Positions 9,071 to 19,291 are shown, counted from the stretch's first letter. The stretch: DNA of 64,000 nt from Candidatus Micrarchaeota archaeon (GCA_043812915.1 JBDRLQ010000023.1:1582-65581), one strand, 5' to 3'. Notes: a model not told the origin generated them from the sequence alone. Numbers and translations are program-made.

Positions 9071-10180
9071 ATGTCCATGACAAGGGGAAGTTTGCGGATA
9101 TACGGTTTTGTAAGGAAGGGGATTGAGCAGGCAAAAGCCGCCGCGTCAGCCGGAAGGCAGAGGATGCGGGCCGCTGCCATCGCTTTCAGGAAACCCTCTC
9201 TTTTAGAGCAGCAAACCGAAACGAAGAAAGCGACGATAGTGCTCGCGACGGACTGGGGGGCTGACGGCGCAGAGACCAATATCGAGAGCCAGATCGAGGC
9301 CTTGTCATCCGGCCTTGGCATGGATGTCTCGATAAAACGGATACCCGGCTTCGCCCCGCTCTCCAGCCCGCTTCCATGCGCGGTCGAGCTTGACCGGATT
9401 ATCACCACGCACAGGATCACATCCGAGCTCCTTGTCCGGACACTTAGAAATGAGGGGCTCCCGGATGGGGAAATCAGGAAAAGGCTGAGCCTGCTGACGC
9501 TTGTTAATGTGTTTGACCGGAAGGTCGGAAGCGGGAGGGTAGCCGGGATAGTGAAAGGTTACATGCCTCTTCTTGATGGGGAATTCACAATCCAGGTCAA
9601 TCTTATCGGCCCGCTCAACAACGGCATCATACGCGCCCTCTCGAGGAGGCTCCGCGACTGCCAGTGCCATGAGCTTGCAAATCCTGAGTTCCAGGTCGAT
9701 GAGCTTGGCTGCAAGACCTGGGACGGAAGGGCCAAGTTCGGCCCGGCAGCAGTTTTCTCATCGTACGGAATAAGTCCCTCTGAGTTCGGGCCCGGGATTG
9801 ATCTTGGCGCGTTCCCTGAAATCTCCTTCCGCGCTTCCATGGATGGCACGATTGCCGAAGTGCCCGTTGTGACTGTGGATGAAATCGGGAATCTGGTGAC
9901 TGGCATAGACAATGGCAGCCTTGGTGGGCTTGGCGAAATCCTCAGCCTGTCCGGCCCGCATGGGTCGCTCCTAGCAAGGAAGGGGGAGAAGTTCGATGAC
10001 GTTCCGGAGGGCGAAGCGGTATTCTACGCGGGCTCCAAGGGGCTAATAGAGGTCGCTGTGAATATGGGCAGCGCGGCTGAAAGCCTCGGAATCGGCCCTG
10101 GGAGCCTTGAGCTTGATGGTGGTGAATCAGCCCTTATCCTCAGGGCTAAGAATATGGGGAGCATCACGGTCGCTGCCTGA
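9071..10180 (+). CDS. SAM hydroxide adenosyltransferase (DUF62 / chlorinase-fluorinase fold)-like protein, unusually long
   Basis: N-terminal ATIVLATDWGADG and C-terminal FYAGSKGLIEVAVNMGSAAESLGIGPGS resemble DUF62 hallmarks (..TDFG.. and ..G.LEIAVN.GSAA..LG...G). Start ATG 9071 was chosen downstream of an AT-rich TATA-like tract. Confidence 0.5.
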   Translation: MSMTRGSLRIYGFVRKGIEQAKAAASAGRQRMRAAAIAFRKPSLLEQQTETKKATIVLATDWGADGAETNIESQIEALSSGLGMDVSIKRIPGFAPLSSPLPCAVELDRIITTHRITSELLVRTLRNEGLPDGEIRKRLSLLTLVNVFDRKVGSGRVAGIVKGYMPLLDGEFTIQVNLIGPLNNGIIRALSRRLRDCQCHELANPEFQVDELGCKTWDGRAKFGPAAVFSSYGISPSEFGPGIDLGAFPEISFRASMDGTIAEVPVVTVDEIGNLVTGIDNGSLGGLGEILSLSGPHGSLLARKGEKFDDVPEGEAVFYAGSKGLIEVAVNMGSAAESLGIGPGSLELDGGESALILRAKNMGSITVAA

Positions 10181-10253
10181 GCGGGAATAACATTTAAAAG
10201 AGGCGACTGGCTAGTAGCGCCTGATGGAGGCCAGAAAAAGAGCTGGAAAGAAA

Positions 10254-11510
10254 ATGCCTGAACTGAGGACCGAGCTTCTGGCTGGCCTCACAACCTTCTT
10301 CACAGTATCGTACATCCTCCTTATCAACCCTAGAATCCTTGGAGTGGCCGGGCTGCCCGAGGGGGAGGTCTTTGTGGCAACAGCCCTTAGCGCTGCTATC
10401 GCCTCACTCATAATGGGCCTTTACGCGAACCGGCCCTTTGCGCTCGCAGCAGGAATGGGCCTGAATGCCTATTTCGCCTATGCGGTAATTCTGGGCATGG
10501 GAATCAGCTGGCAGGCCGCCCTCGCGGCGGTATCCATCTCCGGGCTGCTGATATTCCTCCTGACATTGACTCGGATTGACCTTGGGCGCGGGATTCCGCC
10601 TAGCTTCAAGTTCGCCCTTATAGCAGGACTAGGGCTATTCCTCGTGTTCATCGGGCTGCAGAATGCGCATCTTGTTGTTCCGGACCCGGCGACCATAATC
10701 TCCCTTGGGGATTTCACAAGCCCGAACACGCTGATTGCGATTCTCGGCTTCTTCGTGACCGGGTTCCTGATAGCCCGAGGCGTAAAGGCGCACCTTCTCC
10801 TTGGCATATTCATCACCGCCCTTGTGGGCATGCTCCTGGGGTTAACCCCCTGGCCAGCAGAGATATTCAGCATGCCGCCGGCAGGATTTCCCCTCGCTAT
10901 GCAGCTGGACTTCTCGGACATATTCTCCATCGGGATGCTAAGCGTGATCTGGGGCTTCTTCATCATCACCCTCTTTGACGTAATCGGAACGCTTGATGCG
11001 CTGTCCATCAAGGCGGGCTTCGTGGATAAGAAAGGCCGCATACTGGGTATGAAAAAGGCCCTTAGGGCAAACTCCTTCGGGATAATTGTAGGCTCCGCCC
11101 TGGGGGTGCCGACCATAGTCGCCTTCCTTGAGAGCGCGACGGGCATCGAGGCCGGGGGGCGCACAGGCATCGTCGCCTTCGTTGTCTCAGGCATGTTCCT
11201 GCTCTCACTCTTCTTCCTGCCCCTAATCCAGTCGATACCCATAGAGGCTGCGGCTCCGGCGATAGTAATCACTGGGGTGCTCATGCTCTCTGCGATAGAG
11301 CGGATAAACTACAAGGACATCACGGATTCCCTTCCCGCCCTGCTCACCCTGGTGATAATCCCATTCACCTTCTCGATAGCCCATGGAATCGCAATAGGCT
11401 CGGTCTTCTATGTCTTCCTCAAATTGGTTTCAGGGAAAGCCCGGGACGTCAGCGCGGCCATGTACCTTATCGCCCTGCTTTCTATCATAGATCTGGCCGG
11501 ATTTTTCTAA
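10254..11510 (+). CDS. NCS2/AzgA-family purine (adenine/guanine/hypoxanthine) permease
   Basis: MPELRTELLAGLTTFFTVSYILLINPRILG... is the typical AzgA N-terminus, followed by about 12 TM segments. Confidence 0.8.
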   Translation: MPELRTELLAGLTTFFTVSYILLINPRILGVAGLPEGEVFVATALSAAIASLIMGLYANRPFALAAGMGLNAYFAYAVILGMGISWQAALAAVSISGLLIFLLTLTRIDLGRGIPPSFKFALIAGLGLFLVFIGLQNAHLVVPDPATIISLGDFTSPNTLIAILGFFVTGFLIARGVKAHLLLGIFITALVGMLLGLTPWPAEIFSMPPAGFPLAMQLDFSDIFSIGMLSVIWGFFIITLFDVIGTLDALSIKAGFVDKKGRILGMKKALRANSFGIIVGSALGVPTIVAFLESATGIEAGGRTGIVAFVVSGMFLLSLFFLPLIQSIPIEAAAPAIVITGVLMLSAIERINYKDITDSLPALLTLVIIPFTFSIAHGIAIGSVFYVFLKLVSGKARDVSAAMYLIALLSIIDLAGFF

Positions 11511-11642
11511 AAAAGCAGGCGAGTAGACAGTTTTATTAACTGGCGCGCAGAAATATTTGCGGGCAGCATAAATCTGTTGCCACAAAGAGGTCCCAACCCA
11601 GTTATGGAATGGGGAGGGGCATAAAAAATAGGTGAACATACA

Positions 11643-11795
11643 ATGGATGAAGACGAAGGCAGTCATGATGATCGGCCTATGTACGACGCGGTTTGCTCTA
11701 AATGCGGACAGCCGTGCAAAGTCCCGTTCAAGCCCGCTGAAGGCAGGCCCGTTTACTGCAGGAACTGCTACAGGCCGAAAAGAAGATTTGACTGA
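11643..11795 (+). CDS. small zinc-ribbon protein (50 aa), CxxC-x17-CxxC with RPVYCRNCY motif
   Basis: Not in the ORF track (under 60 aa). ATG at 11643 is preceded by an AGGTGA SD 8 nt upstream. Translation is MDEDEGSHDDRPMYDAVCSKCGQPCKVPFKPAEGRPVYCRNCYRPKRRFD, stop TGA 11793-11795. Confidence 0.55.
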   Translation: MDEDEGSHDDRPMYDAVCSKCGQPCKVPFKPAEGRPVYCRNCYRPKRRFD

Positions 11796-11824
11796 ATTTT
11801 ACAATTCTTAAGAATCAACGTTTC

Positions 11825-12727
11825 TTAATTTTTTGCGCTTTCCTTTTTCTTGATTTCAAGTATCTCTTCCACTGATTTTGCATTGGATATGCTGTTCCTC
11901 AGCCTTGCCGCGCTCCTGGCGCCCCTGATGAAATTCATTGCCTTTAGCCTTATCGGCACGATTGGCATCTTTTCATAATATTTCGAGCACAGGCAGATGT
12001 ATTCCTCAAGCAGACAGAACATGCCCCCTATGGTCTGTGGCTTCTGGTCTTTGAACAGGAGCGGATTGGACATCGCCGCCCTTCCGACCATGAAGGAATC
12101 GCAGTAGCCTTCCCGGACGAGCCTCCTGCCTTCCGAGGCGCTCTGGATGTCACCGTTGCCGACAACCGGTATGTCCAGCCCTTCCTTCACATGCCTTATG
12201 AGTTCCCAGTCGGATTTCCCTGAATACCCCTGTTTCACGGTCCTTCCGTGTATTATTACTGAATCTGCGCCCTCGGCCTCAATCTTCCTGCACAAATCAA
12301 GCGTGCCGTCAACCCCGTTGCTCACCCTTATCTTAACTGACACTGGCAGATCCGCCTTCCTCATCAGTTTCACGGATTCGAATATCTTCTTCGGGTGGAG
12401 CAGCATGTCGCTCCCGCCCCCGCACCTCATCGTCCTCGGGGATGGGCAGCCGGCATTCAGGTTCAGCCATTTCACATGGCTCATGGAGTCCGCTATGAGC
12501 ATGCATGCCTTACCTACCTTTTTCGGATCCCCGCCGATCACCTGCACCCCTATATTCTTCTCATCAGGGTGCGCGTCCACTTCCGAGAGCTTTTTAGGGT
12601 CCCTCTCAATAGCCATGCTGTTGGCCATCGGGGCGCAGCAGGCATCCGCTCCGTATCTCTGGCATAGGATTCTGAATGGCAGGTCGGAATAATCAAAAAG
12701 AGGAGCCAGGAAATTATGGTATTTCAT
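11825..12727 (-). CDS. dus: tRNA-dihydrouridine synthase (Dus family)
   Basis: ..LNAGCPSPRTMRCGGGSDML.. (catalytic Cys), ..SVKIRV.., ..IIHGRTVKQGYSGKSDWELI.., ..PVVGNGDI... ATG 12727 lies just downstream of the sufU stop. Confidence 0.8.
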   Translation of the reverse strand: MKYHNFLAPLFDYSDLPFRILCQRYGADACCAPMANSMAIERDPKKLSEVDAHPDEKNIGVQVIGGDPKKVGKACMLIADSMSHVKWLNLNAGCPSPRTMRCGGGSDMLLHPKKIFESVKLMRKADLPVSVKIRVSNGVDGTLDLCRKIEAEGADSVIIHGRTVKQGYSGKSDWELIRHVKEGLDIPVVGNGDIQSASEGRRLVREGYCDSFMVGRAAMSNPLLFKDQKPQTIGGMFCLLEEYICLCSKYYEKMPIVPIRLKAMNFIRGARSAARLRNSISNAKSVEEILEIKKKESAKN

Positions 12728-12731
12728 GATT

Positions 12732-13109
12732 TCACTGCCTGAGCTTGATTGCTTTCTTGAACGCGTCAAGGACAAGCAGGGCGCACCTTATCCTTGTGGG
12801 GTTCCTGGAAAGATCCACCCTCAGGAGCTTGAGTATGTCATCCTTGCCCATGCCCATGACCTCGTCCACTTCCATGCCCTTGATGACATCCGTGAATAAT
12901 GAGGCGCTGGCCTGGCTTATCGCGCAGCCCTTTCCAGTGAACTTGACATCCGCGATCTTCCCATCCTTTATCTTGATATAGATCACTATCCTGTCCCCGC
13001 AGGTGGCGTTATAGACCTCCGCCTTGGCATCCGCATCCTCCAACTCGCCGAAGTTGAGCGGGTTCTGGTATAGCTCTATTATGAGCTCCTGGTAGATGTC
13101 CTTGTCCAT
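12732..13109 (-). CDS. sufU: SufU/IscU-type Fe-S cluster scaffold / sulfur acceptor
   Basis: The three conserved Cys contexts are present: NATCGDRI, GKGCAISQASAS and RIRCALL. Size is 125 aa. Confidence 0.8.
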   Translation of the reverse strand: MDKDIYQELIIELYQNPLNFGELEDADAKAEVYNATCGDRIVIYIKIKDGKIADVKFTGKGCAISQASASLFTDVIKGMEVDEVMGMGKDDILKLLRVDLSRNPTRIRCALLVLDAFKKAIKLRQ

Positions 13110-13113
13110 GGTA

Positions 13114-13467
13114 TCAACTTTTGAATGAGAAAAACTTCATTAAAAATCCCAGTGAGGCGATAATCATCAGGCTGTATACGACCAGGAGAAAGTTCTCCCC
13201 TACTATCGACAGGCCAAAGAAAATGATTGCGATTGCCATAAATGCGGCAGCCGGGATATTCCACTTGGCGATAAAGTACGCCACTCCCGAAAGCGCGGCA
13301 AAGGCAACCCCTATCCATAGCGTGAACTCCTTCTCAAGAAGGAATCCAAGGGGCGGCTCGAAGCCAGGAATCGGGAAAAAGCCACTCAGAATCAGAAGTG
13401 CGATTGCTACAATCACTGTGAATACTCCGGAGAATCGGACAAGTGTGTGATGAGGGAGGAAATGCAT
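13114..13467 (-). CDS. small hypothetical membrane protein inserted between sufS and sufU
   Basis: 117-aa ORF with about 4 hydrophobic segments. It is separated by 1 nt from the sufS stop and 4 nt from the sufU start. Confidence 0.45.
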   Translation of the reverse strand: MHFLPHHTLVRFSGVFTVIVAIALLILSGFFPIPGFEPPLGFLLEKEFTLWIGVAFAALSGVAYFIAKWNIPAAAFMAIAIIFFGLSIVGENFLLVVYSLMIIASLGFLMKFFSFKS

Positions 13468-13468
13468 G

Positions 13469-14704
13469 CTACTTCCCCTTGAACAGGTCCCTGATTTTCA
13501 CCAGAGACTCCGCCAGCCTGTCAATCTCCTCTTCGGTGTTGTAGAGGTAGACGCTAGCCCTTGTGCTTGCAGGTATCCCGAGCTTCTCATGCAGGGGCAT
13601 CGCGCAGTGGTGCCCGCTCCGGACGCATATGCCGTCCTCGTCAAGCAACGCCGCGATGTCATGCGGGTGCACCCCTTCCAGCTCGAAGGCGACCAATCCG
13701 GCCCTTTCCTTGGCTTCCCCCGGGCCGATTATCCTGAGGCCCTCAATCTCCTCCATCCTCCTGAGCATGTGCGAAACCAGCTTCTCCTCATGCTTCCGGA
13801 TGTTCCCAAGGCCAACCCTGTTAAGGTAGTCCATGGCGACTCCGAGGCAGACGCATTCAGCTACATTGGGCGTTCCTGCCTCGAACTTGTGCGGAAGGCC
13901 GTTCCAGGTCGCCCCATATGTGTGGACCTCGCGAATCATCTCGCTTCCATAAAGGAACGGCTCCATCTCTTCAAGCAGCTCCTTCCTGCCATAAAGCACC
14001 CCGCTGCCAAAAGGCGCGAGCATCTTGTGGCCGGAGAATAACAGGAAATCACATCCCATCTTCCGGACATCCGTCACATTTCCCGGGACATACTGAGCGG
14101 CGTCAACAATCGTGACTGCGCCGGCTTTCCGGGCGAGCCTGCAGAGTTTCGGGACATCAGTGAGAGTGCCCGCGACATTGGATGCTGCTGAAAACGCAAA
14201 AAGCTTGGCCCCCTCCAGCTTCCCCAGGTCCTCTTCCCTGAGCTTACCTTTCTCATCAATGTCGATTATGTCCAGCTGCGCTCCCTTCATCCTGGCCAAT
14301 TGAAGCCAGGGGACGAAGTTGCTGTGGTGCTCAAGGATTGTCGTCACAATCCGCTCGCCCTTCTTGATGTTGCCCTCGCCCCACCCCCGGAAGATTGTGT
14401 TCACTCCGTTCGTGGTGTTGCTTGTGAATACGATTTCATTCTCGTCCGCGGCGTTGATGAATTTTGCGGCCTTCTGCCGCGCTTCCGCATATGCGATGGT
14501 GGCCTCCTCAGCCAGGTGATACAGGCTCCGCCCGACATTGGCATTCCTGAGGGAATAGAACTCGCTGAGCGCGTCAATTACCTGCCTTGGCTTCTGTGAG
14601 GTCGCGGCAGAGTCAAGGTATGCAATGGGCTTTCCGTTCCTTGTTGTTGAAAGAATCGGGAAATCAGCCCTGATTTCATCTACATCCATAGTCATTTCAC
14701 CCAT
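13469..14704 (-). CDS. sufS: cysteine desulfurase SufS (class II aminotransferase V)
   Basis: PLP-lysine context FSGHKMLAPFGSGVLYG and catalytic Cys context VRSGHHCAMPLH. Size is 411 aa. Confidence 0.9.
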   Translation of the reverse strand: MGEMTMDVDEIRADFPILSTTRNGKPIAYLDSAATSQKPRQVIDALSEFYSLRNANVGRSLYHLAEEATIAYAEARQKAAKFINAADENEIVFTSNTTNGVNTIFRGWGEGNIKKGERIVTTILEHHSNFVPWLQLARMKGAQLDIIDIDEKGKLREEDLGKLEGAKLFAFSAASNVAGTLTDVPKLCRLARKAGAVTIVDAAQYVPGNVTDVRKMGCDFLLFSGHKMLAPFGSGVLYGRKELLEEMEPFLYGSEMIREVHTYGATWNGLPHKFEAGTPNVAECVCLGVAMDYLNRVGLGNIRKHEEKLVSHMLRRMEEIEGLRIIGPGEAKERAGLVAFELEGVHPHDIAALLDEDGICVRSGHHCAMPLHEKLGIPASTRASVYLYNTEEEIDRLAESLVKIRDLFKGK

Positions 14705-15426
14705 TCGGAGTAGCCATTTTCCTCAATCCTGTGGGCCAGCTCTCCGCCATCGCTCTTCACCATCTTCCCGTTGACCATTATGTGGACGTAATCAGCCTTC
14801 ATGTGCCGGAGCATCCGTGGATAGTGCGTAATCAGGAGGAAGCAGCGCTTGCCATCCTTCATCTTCTCAAGCTGCTCTGCTATAATCCGCACGCCGTCGA
14901 CATCCAGCCCGGAATCGACTTCGTCCATCACGAGCACCTTAGGCTCTAGGGAGATTGCCTGGAGCATCTCCAGCCTTTTCTTCTCCCCACCGGAAAAGCC
15001 GACATTGAGCTCCCTCTTCACCAGGTCTTTTCCCATCCCGAGGATTGCGGCGTTCCTTTCAAGCTCCTCGCTTTCCCTCACCATCTTATCGAGGTCCTGC
15101 TTTCCATCGGTCCTGGCGGCCTTCGCCTTCCTGATGAAGCGGCTTACTTTCACCCCTTCGATTTCCTCAGGGTTCTGGAACGCCAGGAACAATCCCTTCC
15201 TTGCCCTCTCATCAGTATCCATCTTGGAGATGTCTTCTCCATCCAGGATAATCTTCCCGCTGGTATGGAGCGCGGGGTAGCCCAGCAGTGCTTTTGCGAA
15301 GGTGCTTTTTCCTGCGCCGTTAGGGCCCATTATCACGTGAGTCTCTCCATCCTCAATCTTCAGGCCAATGCCGCTGATGATTTTCCTGCCCTCGACCGAG
15401 ACTGAGAAGTCCTTTATCTCAAACAT
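14692..15426 (-). CDS. sufC: Fe-S cluster assembly ATPase SufC
   Basis: Walker A GPNGAGKST, ABC signature FSGGEKKR and Walker B LVMDEVDSGLD. ATG 15426 (MFEIKDFSV) was chosen. The track ORF extends further upstream. Confidence 0.9.
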   Translation of the reverse strand: MFEIKDFSVSVEGRKIISGIGLKIEDGETHVIMGPNGAGKSTFAKALLGYPALHTSGKIILDGEDISKMDTDERARKGLFLAFQNPEEIEGVKVSRFIRKAKAARTDGKQDLDKMVRESEELERNAAILGMGKDLVKRELNVGFSGGEKKRLEMLQAISLEPKVLVMDEVDSGLDVDGVRIIAEQLEKMKDGKRCFLLITHYPRMLRHMKADYVHIMVNGKMVKSDGGELAHRIEENGYSEWVK

Positions 15427-15498
15427 AATTATCGGTGTTTTCCTTCTATTATGATATGTTTTTATAGTTAGTTCAATGTATTCCTTCTCATTATTCAG

Positions 15499-16893
15499 GT
15501 GCTTTTCTTGGGAAAAAAAGAGACTGGCAAATATAATTTCCACACCCCGGAGCATTATGCCTACCGCTCAAAGAAGGGGCTTTCCGAGAAAGTAATCCGG
15601 GACATATCCTCTATGAAGGGGGAGCCGTCCTGGATGCTTGAGCGAAGGCTCCAGGCACTTGGTCTCTTTGAGGGAATGCCGCTCCCCAAGTGGGGGCCTG
15701 ACTTATCATCCCTTGAATTCAATGACCTCTATTACTATCTGAAGCCGACCGAGAAGAAGACCGATGCCTGGGAATCCGTTCCTGATGATATAAAGGAGAC
15801 CTTCGAGAAGCTCGGGATTCCGGAAGCCGAGAAGAAGTTCCTTGCGGGCAGTTCCGCGCAGTTCGAGAGCGAAGTCGTCTATCATCATCTCAAGGAGCAG
15901 TGGGAGAAGAAAGGAATTATATTCACGGACATGGACACTGGCTTGAAGGAGCACCCGGACATAGTCGAGGAGCATTTTGGGAGCATTGTGCCTGCGGCAG
16001 ACAACAAGTTCGCCGCACTCAATACTGCCGCATGGAGCGGGGGGGCTTTTGTATATATCCCAAAGGGTGTCCACGCTGACATTCCGCTCCAGACCTATTT
16101 CAGGATAAACGCGGAGAAGCTCGGGCAGTTCGAGAGGACGCTCATCATCGCGGATGAAGGCTCAAGCGTATCCTATGTGGAAGGCTGCTCCGCGCCGGTA
16201 TTCAGCACAGCGTCATTGCACGCGGCCGTGGTCGAGATTATCGCCAAGAAGGGAGCGAAAGTCCGCTACACCACAATCCAGAACTGGTCCAACAACGTTT
16301 ACAATCTGGTGACAAAGCGCGCGATTGCCCATGAGAATTCCTTCGTGGAATGGCTGGACGGCAACATGGGAAGCCGGGTGACACAGAAGTACCCTACCGT
16401 TTTGCTCAAAGGCAAAGGCGCGAAGGCAGAGGTCCTCAGCGTGGCTTATGCCGGGAAGGGCCAGACACAGGACACTGGCGCGAAGATGATTCATTTAGCT
16501 CCGAATACCCAATCCAGGATAGTCTCCAAGAGCGTCTGCCAGGATGGGGGCAGGGCAAGCTACCGCGGCCTTGTGAGTATCGGCCCGAAGGCGAAAAACT
16601 CCAAGTGCTTTGTTGAGTGCAACGCATATCTGCTTGATGGGAAATCCCGCTCAGATACTTACCCGACAATAAAGGACGAGCAGGACAATGCTGAAGTTAG
16701 CCATGAGGCGAAAGTCGGAAGTGTTTCCAAGGAGAAATTGTTTTACCTGATGAGCAGGGGGATTTCAGAGAAGGACGCCATGTCAATGATTGTTATGGGC
16801 TTCATGGAATCTTTCACAAGGGAATTGCCGATGGAATACGCTGTTGAGCTGAACCGGCTCATCCAGCTGCAGCTTGAGAGGTCGGTCGGATGA
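15499..16893 (+). CDS. sufB: Fe-S cluster assembly protein SufB
   Basis: ..[68 protein letters not shown]... GTG 15499 (or TTG 15508) start. Divergent from sufC. Confidence 0.9.
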   Translation: MLFLGKKETGKYNFHTPEHYAYRSKKGLSEKVIRDISSMKGEPSWMLERRLQALGLFEGMPLPKWGPDLSSLEFNDLYYYLKPTEKKTDAWESVPDDIKETFEKLGIPEAEKKFLAGSSAQFESEVVYHHLKEQWEKKGIIFTDMDTGLKEHPDIVEEHFGSIVPAADNKFAALNTAAWSGGAFVYIPKGVHADIPLQTYFRINAEKLGQFERTLIIADEGSSVSYVEGCSAPVFSTASLHAAVVEIIAKKGAKVRYTTIQNWSNNVYNLVTKRAIAHENSFVEWLDGNMGSRVTQKYPTVLLKGKGAKAEVLSVAYAGKGQTQDTGAKMIHLAPNTQSRIVSKSVCQDGGRASYRGLVSIGPKAKNSKCFVECNAYLLDGKSRSDTYPTIKDEQDNAEVSHEAKVGSVSKEKLFYLMSRGISEKDAMSMIVMGFMESFTRELPMEYAVELNRLIQLQLERSVG

Positions 16894-17939
16894 ATGATGT
16901 TGAATCAATCTCAAAGGACCTCAACGAGCCTGCGTGGCTGCTTTCAATCAGGCAGGGCGCGCGCAAGCTGGCAAAAGAGCCCGCGGCAATCCCGGCTCTG
17001 AAAAAGCCGGAAGCAACAAACCCAAAGAACACAAGGGCATTCACGCTTTCCGAGATGCTCCAAAAGGACGCCAAGTTCGCGAAGAATGCATTCGCGTCAA
17101 GGAAGATTGTTCCAGAAGCAAGCCCGCAGGCAGCGTATCTCAACGCATATTTCAGGGATTGCAGCTTCATATTCGTAGATGACAACAAGAAGGCTGAACT
17201 CGGGATGTCCCTTGGAGGCTCGCTTTCCATAAACTTCATTTTCTTGGGAAACAATTCCTCGCTCAAGATATACGGCTCGGCGGTCTCTGACTGCCTGGAC
17301 ATATGCGAGATGACAACCGGCGAGAACTCCAGGATAGACTGCGCGTTCCTGAAGCAGAAGAACGCTTATGCGTACAGGGGCCTTTCAGCAACTCTCGGAA
17401 CCCGGAGTTCGCTCTGCTCAGCTTCGTTCTGGAGCGGAAGCGGGCATGGTGACACATCAGTTATGCTCAGAGGAGAGGGCTCGAAAGTGCTTGATGTGGA
17501 GCTTTCCATAGGGGGAAATTCCGAGAATCTTTCATTGCGCTCTGATTTTACGCACTCTGCCAACAACGCGGAGAGCGAAGTCATCATGAGAGGTGTCGCG
17601 CAGGACACTTCCAGCACGGCCTATTACGGCAGGGTGACCGTTGAAGGGAACGGGAGGGGTTCGAAGTCAGAACTGTCCCAGCACGTCCTGCTGCTTGACA
17701 AAGGCGCAAAAGCAGAGGCAAATCCGGTAATGGAAATCAAGAACAAGGATGTGGAATGCTCCCATGCCGCGTCAGTAAGGCAATTGGAAGAGGACAAGCT
17801 CTTCTACCTGATGAGCCGGGGCCTGCCAAGGCAGCAGGCAAAGACTACGATGGTAACCGGATTCCTGAGGGGCGCCATAAACAGGATTGAGGATAAGGAC
17901 TTAAGGAACATGTTCCGGCCTTCATTCTTAAGGGAATAG
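16890..17939 (+). CDS. sufD: Fe-S cluster assembly protein SufD
   Basis: C-terminal ..[50 protein letters not shown]... Start overlaps the sufB stop (ATGA). Confidence 0.8.
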   Translation: MNDVESISKDLNEPAWLLSIRQGARKLAKEPAAIPALKKPEATNPKNTRAFTLSEMLQKDAKFAKNAFASRKIVPEASPQAAYLNAYFRDCSFIFVDDNKKAELGMSLGGSLSINFIFLGNNSSLKIYGSAVSDCLDICEMTTGENSRIDCAFLKQKNAYAYRGLSATLGTRSSLCSASFWSGSGHGDTSVMLRGEGSKVLDVELSIGGNSENLSLRSDFTHSANNAESEVIMRGVAQDTSSTAYYGRVTVEGNGRGSKSELSQHVLLLDKGAKAEANPVMEIKNKDVECSHAASVRQLEEDKLFYLMSRGLPRQQAKTTMVTGFLRGAINRIEDKDLRNMFRPSFLRE

Positions 17940-17941
17940 AA

Positions 17942-19291
17942 TCATGAGTAGACAAGCACGCACAATTCTTTTCCGAAATAGAACGTCTCGGAATTGCTCG
18001 GGAAGTCATCGCGGCTTTCTGGATTGACATAAAGCCTGCAGGTGTATTCATTCCTTTTGAATCCGACAGATACCACTGTGATTTCGTAATGCCTCCTGCC
18101 TTCTTCATCAGTGAATGCCAGCACAGAGGCGATGTCCTCAGCAAACGCCTTCGGGTCGAAATAAGAGTCGCTTTTCTTGTCCTCAGTGCACTCCACAAGC
18201 TTCGCCTTGAATTCCTCAAGGTCCACAATCGCCTTTTTTGCAGGAGGGGCGAATGAATCGCTCTTTTCCGGAATTTCCCCATTGCACTCCAGAAGAACTG
18301 CGGATATGCTGCTGGACTCGCTGTCCGCCATGCCAAGCGCTTCGACTGTGGCCACATCCACTATCACAAGGTATGCCGGCATGTATCCGGAAGTCTGCCC
18401 CGTAACAGTCTTCTTTGGCCAATAGAACAATGCCTGGTTGTCAAGCCCTCCCTTGGCCGTGAGTGAAGGATATGCGTCCTGCACAAAATCAAGCGGGAAC
18501 GGGGACAGGATGAACATGTGATTTTCGGTCTTGAGCAGGCGGAACTGCAGCTTGGGCGGCTCGCACCCGTCGCCGCATGCATCGAGTATCTTCTGCATCC
18601 TGCTTATCTTCTCTTTCGTCTCCCCAATCGCAAGGGGCCCCTCGCATTTCTGCAGCTTCTCCTTCAGCCTCTTGATATCATCTGATGCTACCTTCCTTAT
18701 GAGGGGAATGAGGATTGGGAAGTCGCTGTATCTCTCCAGTCTCCTGATGAATCTTTCTTTGCTTGTTGACGAGCGTTTGAATCTGAGCTCTCCATCCTCT
18801 CCGAAATAGCAACTCTGCAGCTGGGACTTGAGTGCCGCCAGCGAGCCGTTGCCCTCACTGAAGTCCGGGAAGTATCTTGATGCCATCGCGTTCTGAGGGT
18901 CAACCGGGCCCCCGACCAGGGTGATGTCATCCCGGCCATCTTCGCCTTCAATAACCAGTTTCCTTGGCGCGCCTGATTCGGTGTGCCTTATCATGCTGCT
19001 GATATCCACAACCGATATGCCAGCCTCATCAGTCTCCACCGGGAAACTGGGCTTTGTGTCCACTTCCGTGGTATCTTCTCTGGGAGGCCTTTCACTCTCA
19101 ATCACTATCGCAGGCGTGTTCCTGAACGTGCTCCTGGGATTGAACTCTTCGGCCGGGGCAGTGCCTTGCTGCCCTAGCCTCTGCTGGAGCTTCCTGGCAG
19201 GAACTACCGGCTTTGATGAATACGCGCCTGGCCCTGGCTCGAGCGTAGGTGTCTTCTTGCCGGCCTTGCCACTCTCGTTTCCAAAAGTCAT
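17942..19291 (-). CDS. hypothetical protein
   Basis: 449-aa ORF with protein-like composition, convergent with sufD (2-nt gap). No family recognised. Confidence 0.5.
   Translation of the reverse strand: MTFGNESGKAGKKTPTLEPGPGAYSSKPVVPARKLQQRLGQQGTAPAEEFNPRSTFRNTPAIVIESERPPREDTTEVDTKPSFPVETDEAGISVVDISSMIRHTESGAPRKLVIEGEDGRDDITLVGGPVDPQNAMASRYFPDFSEGNGSLAALKSQLQSCYFGEDGELRFKRSSTSKERFIRRLERYSDFPILIPLIRKVASDDIKRLKEKLQKCEGPLAIGETKEKISRMQKILDACGDGCEPPKLQFRLLKTENHMFILSPFPLDFVQDAYPSLTAKGGLDNQALFYWPKKTVTGQTSGYMPAYLVIVDVATVEALGMADSESSSISAVLLECNGEIPEKSDSFAPPAKKAIVDLEEFKAKLVECTEDKKSDSYFDPKAFAEDIASVLAFTDEEGRRHYEITVVSVGFKRNEYTCRLYVNPESRDDFPSNSETFYFGKELCVLVYS

Noticed and set aside
10478-11284. 268-aa minus-strand ORF inside the purine permease gene.
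   Set aside because: It is antisense to a clear NCS2/AzgA permease, and its R/P/S/M-rich composition is typical of a shadow ORF.
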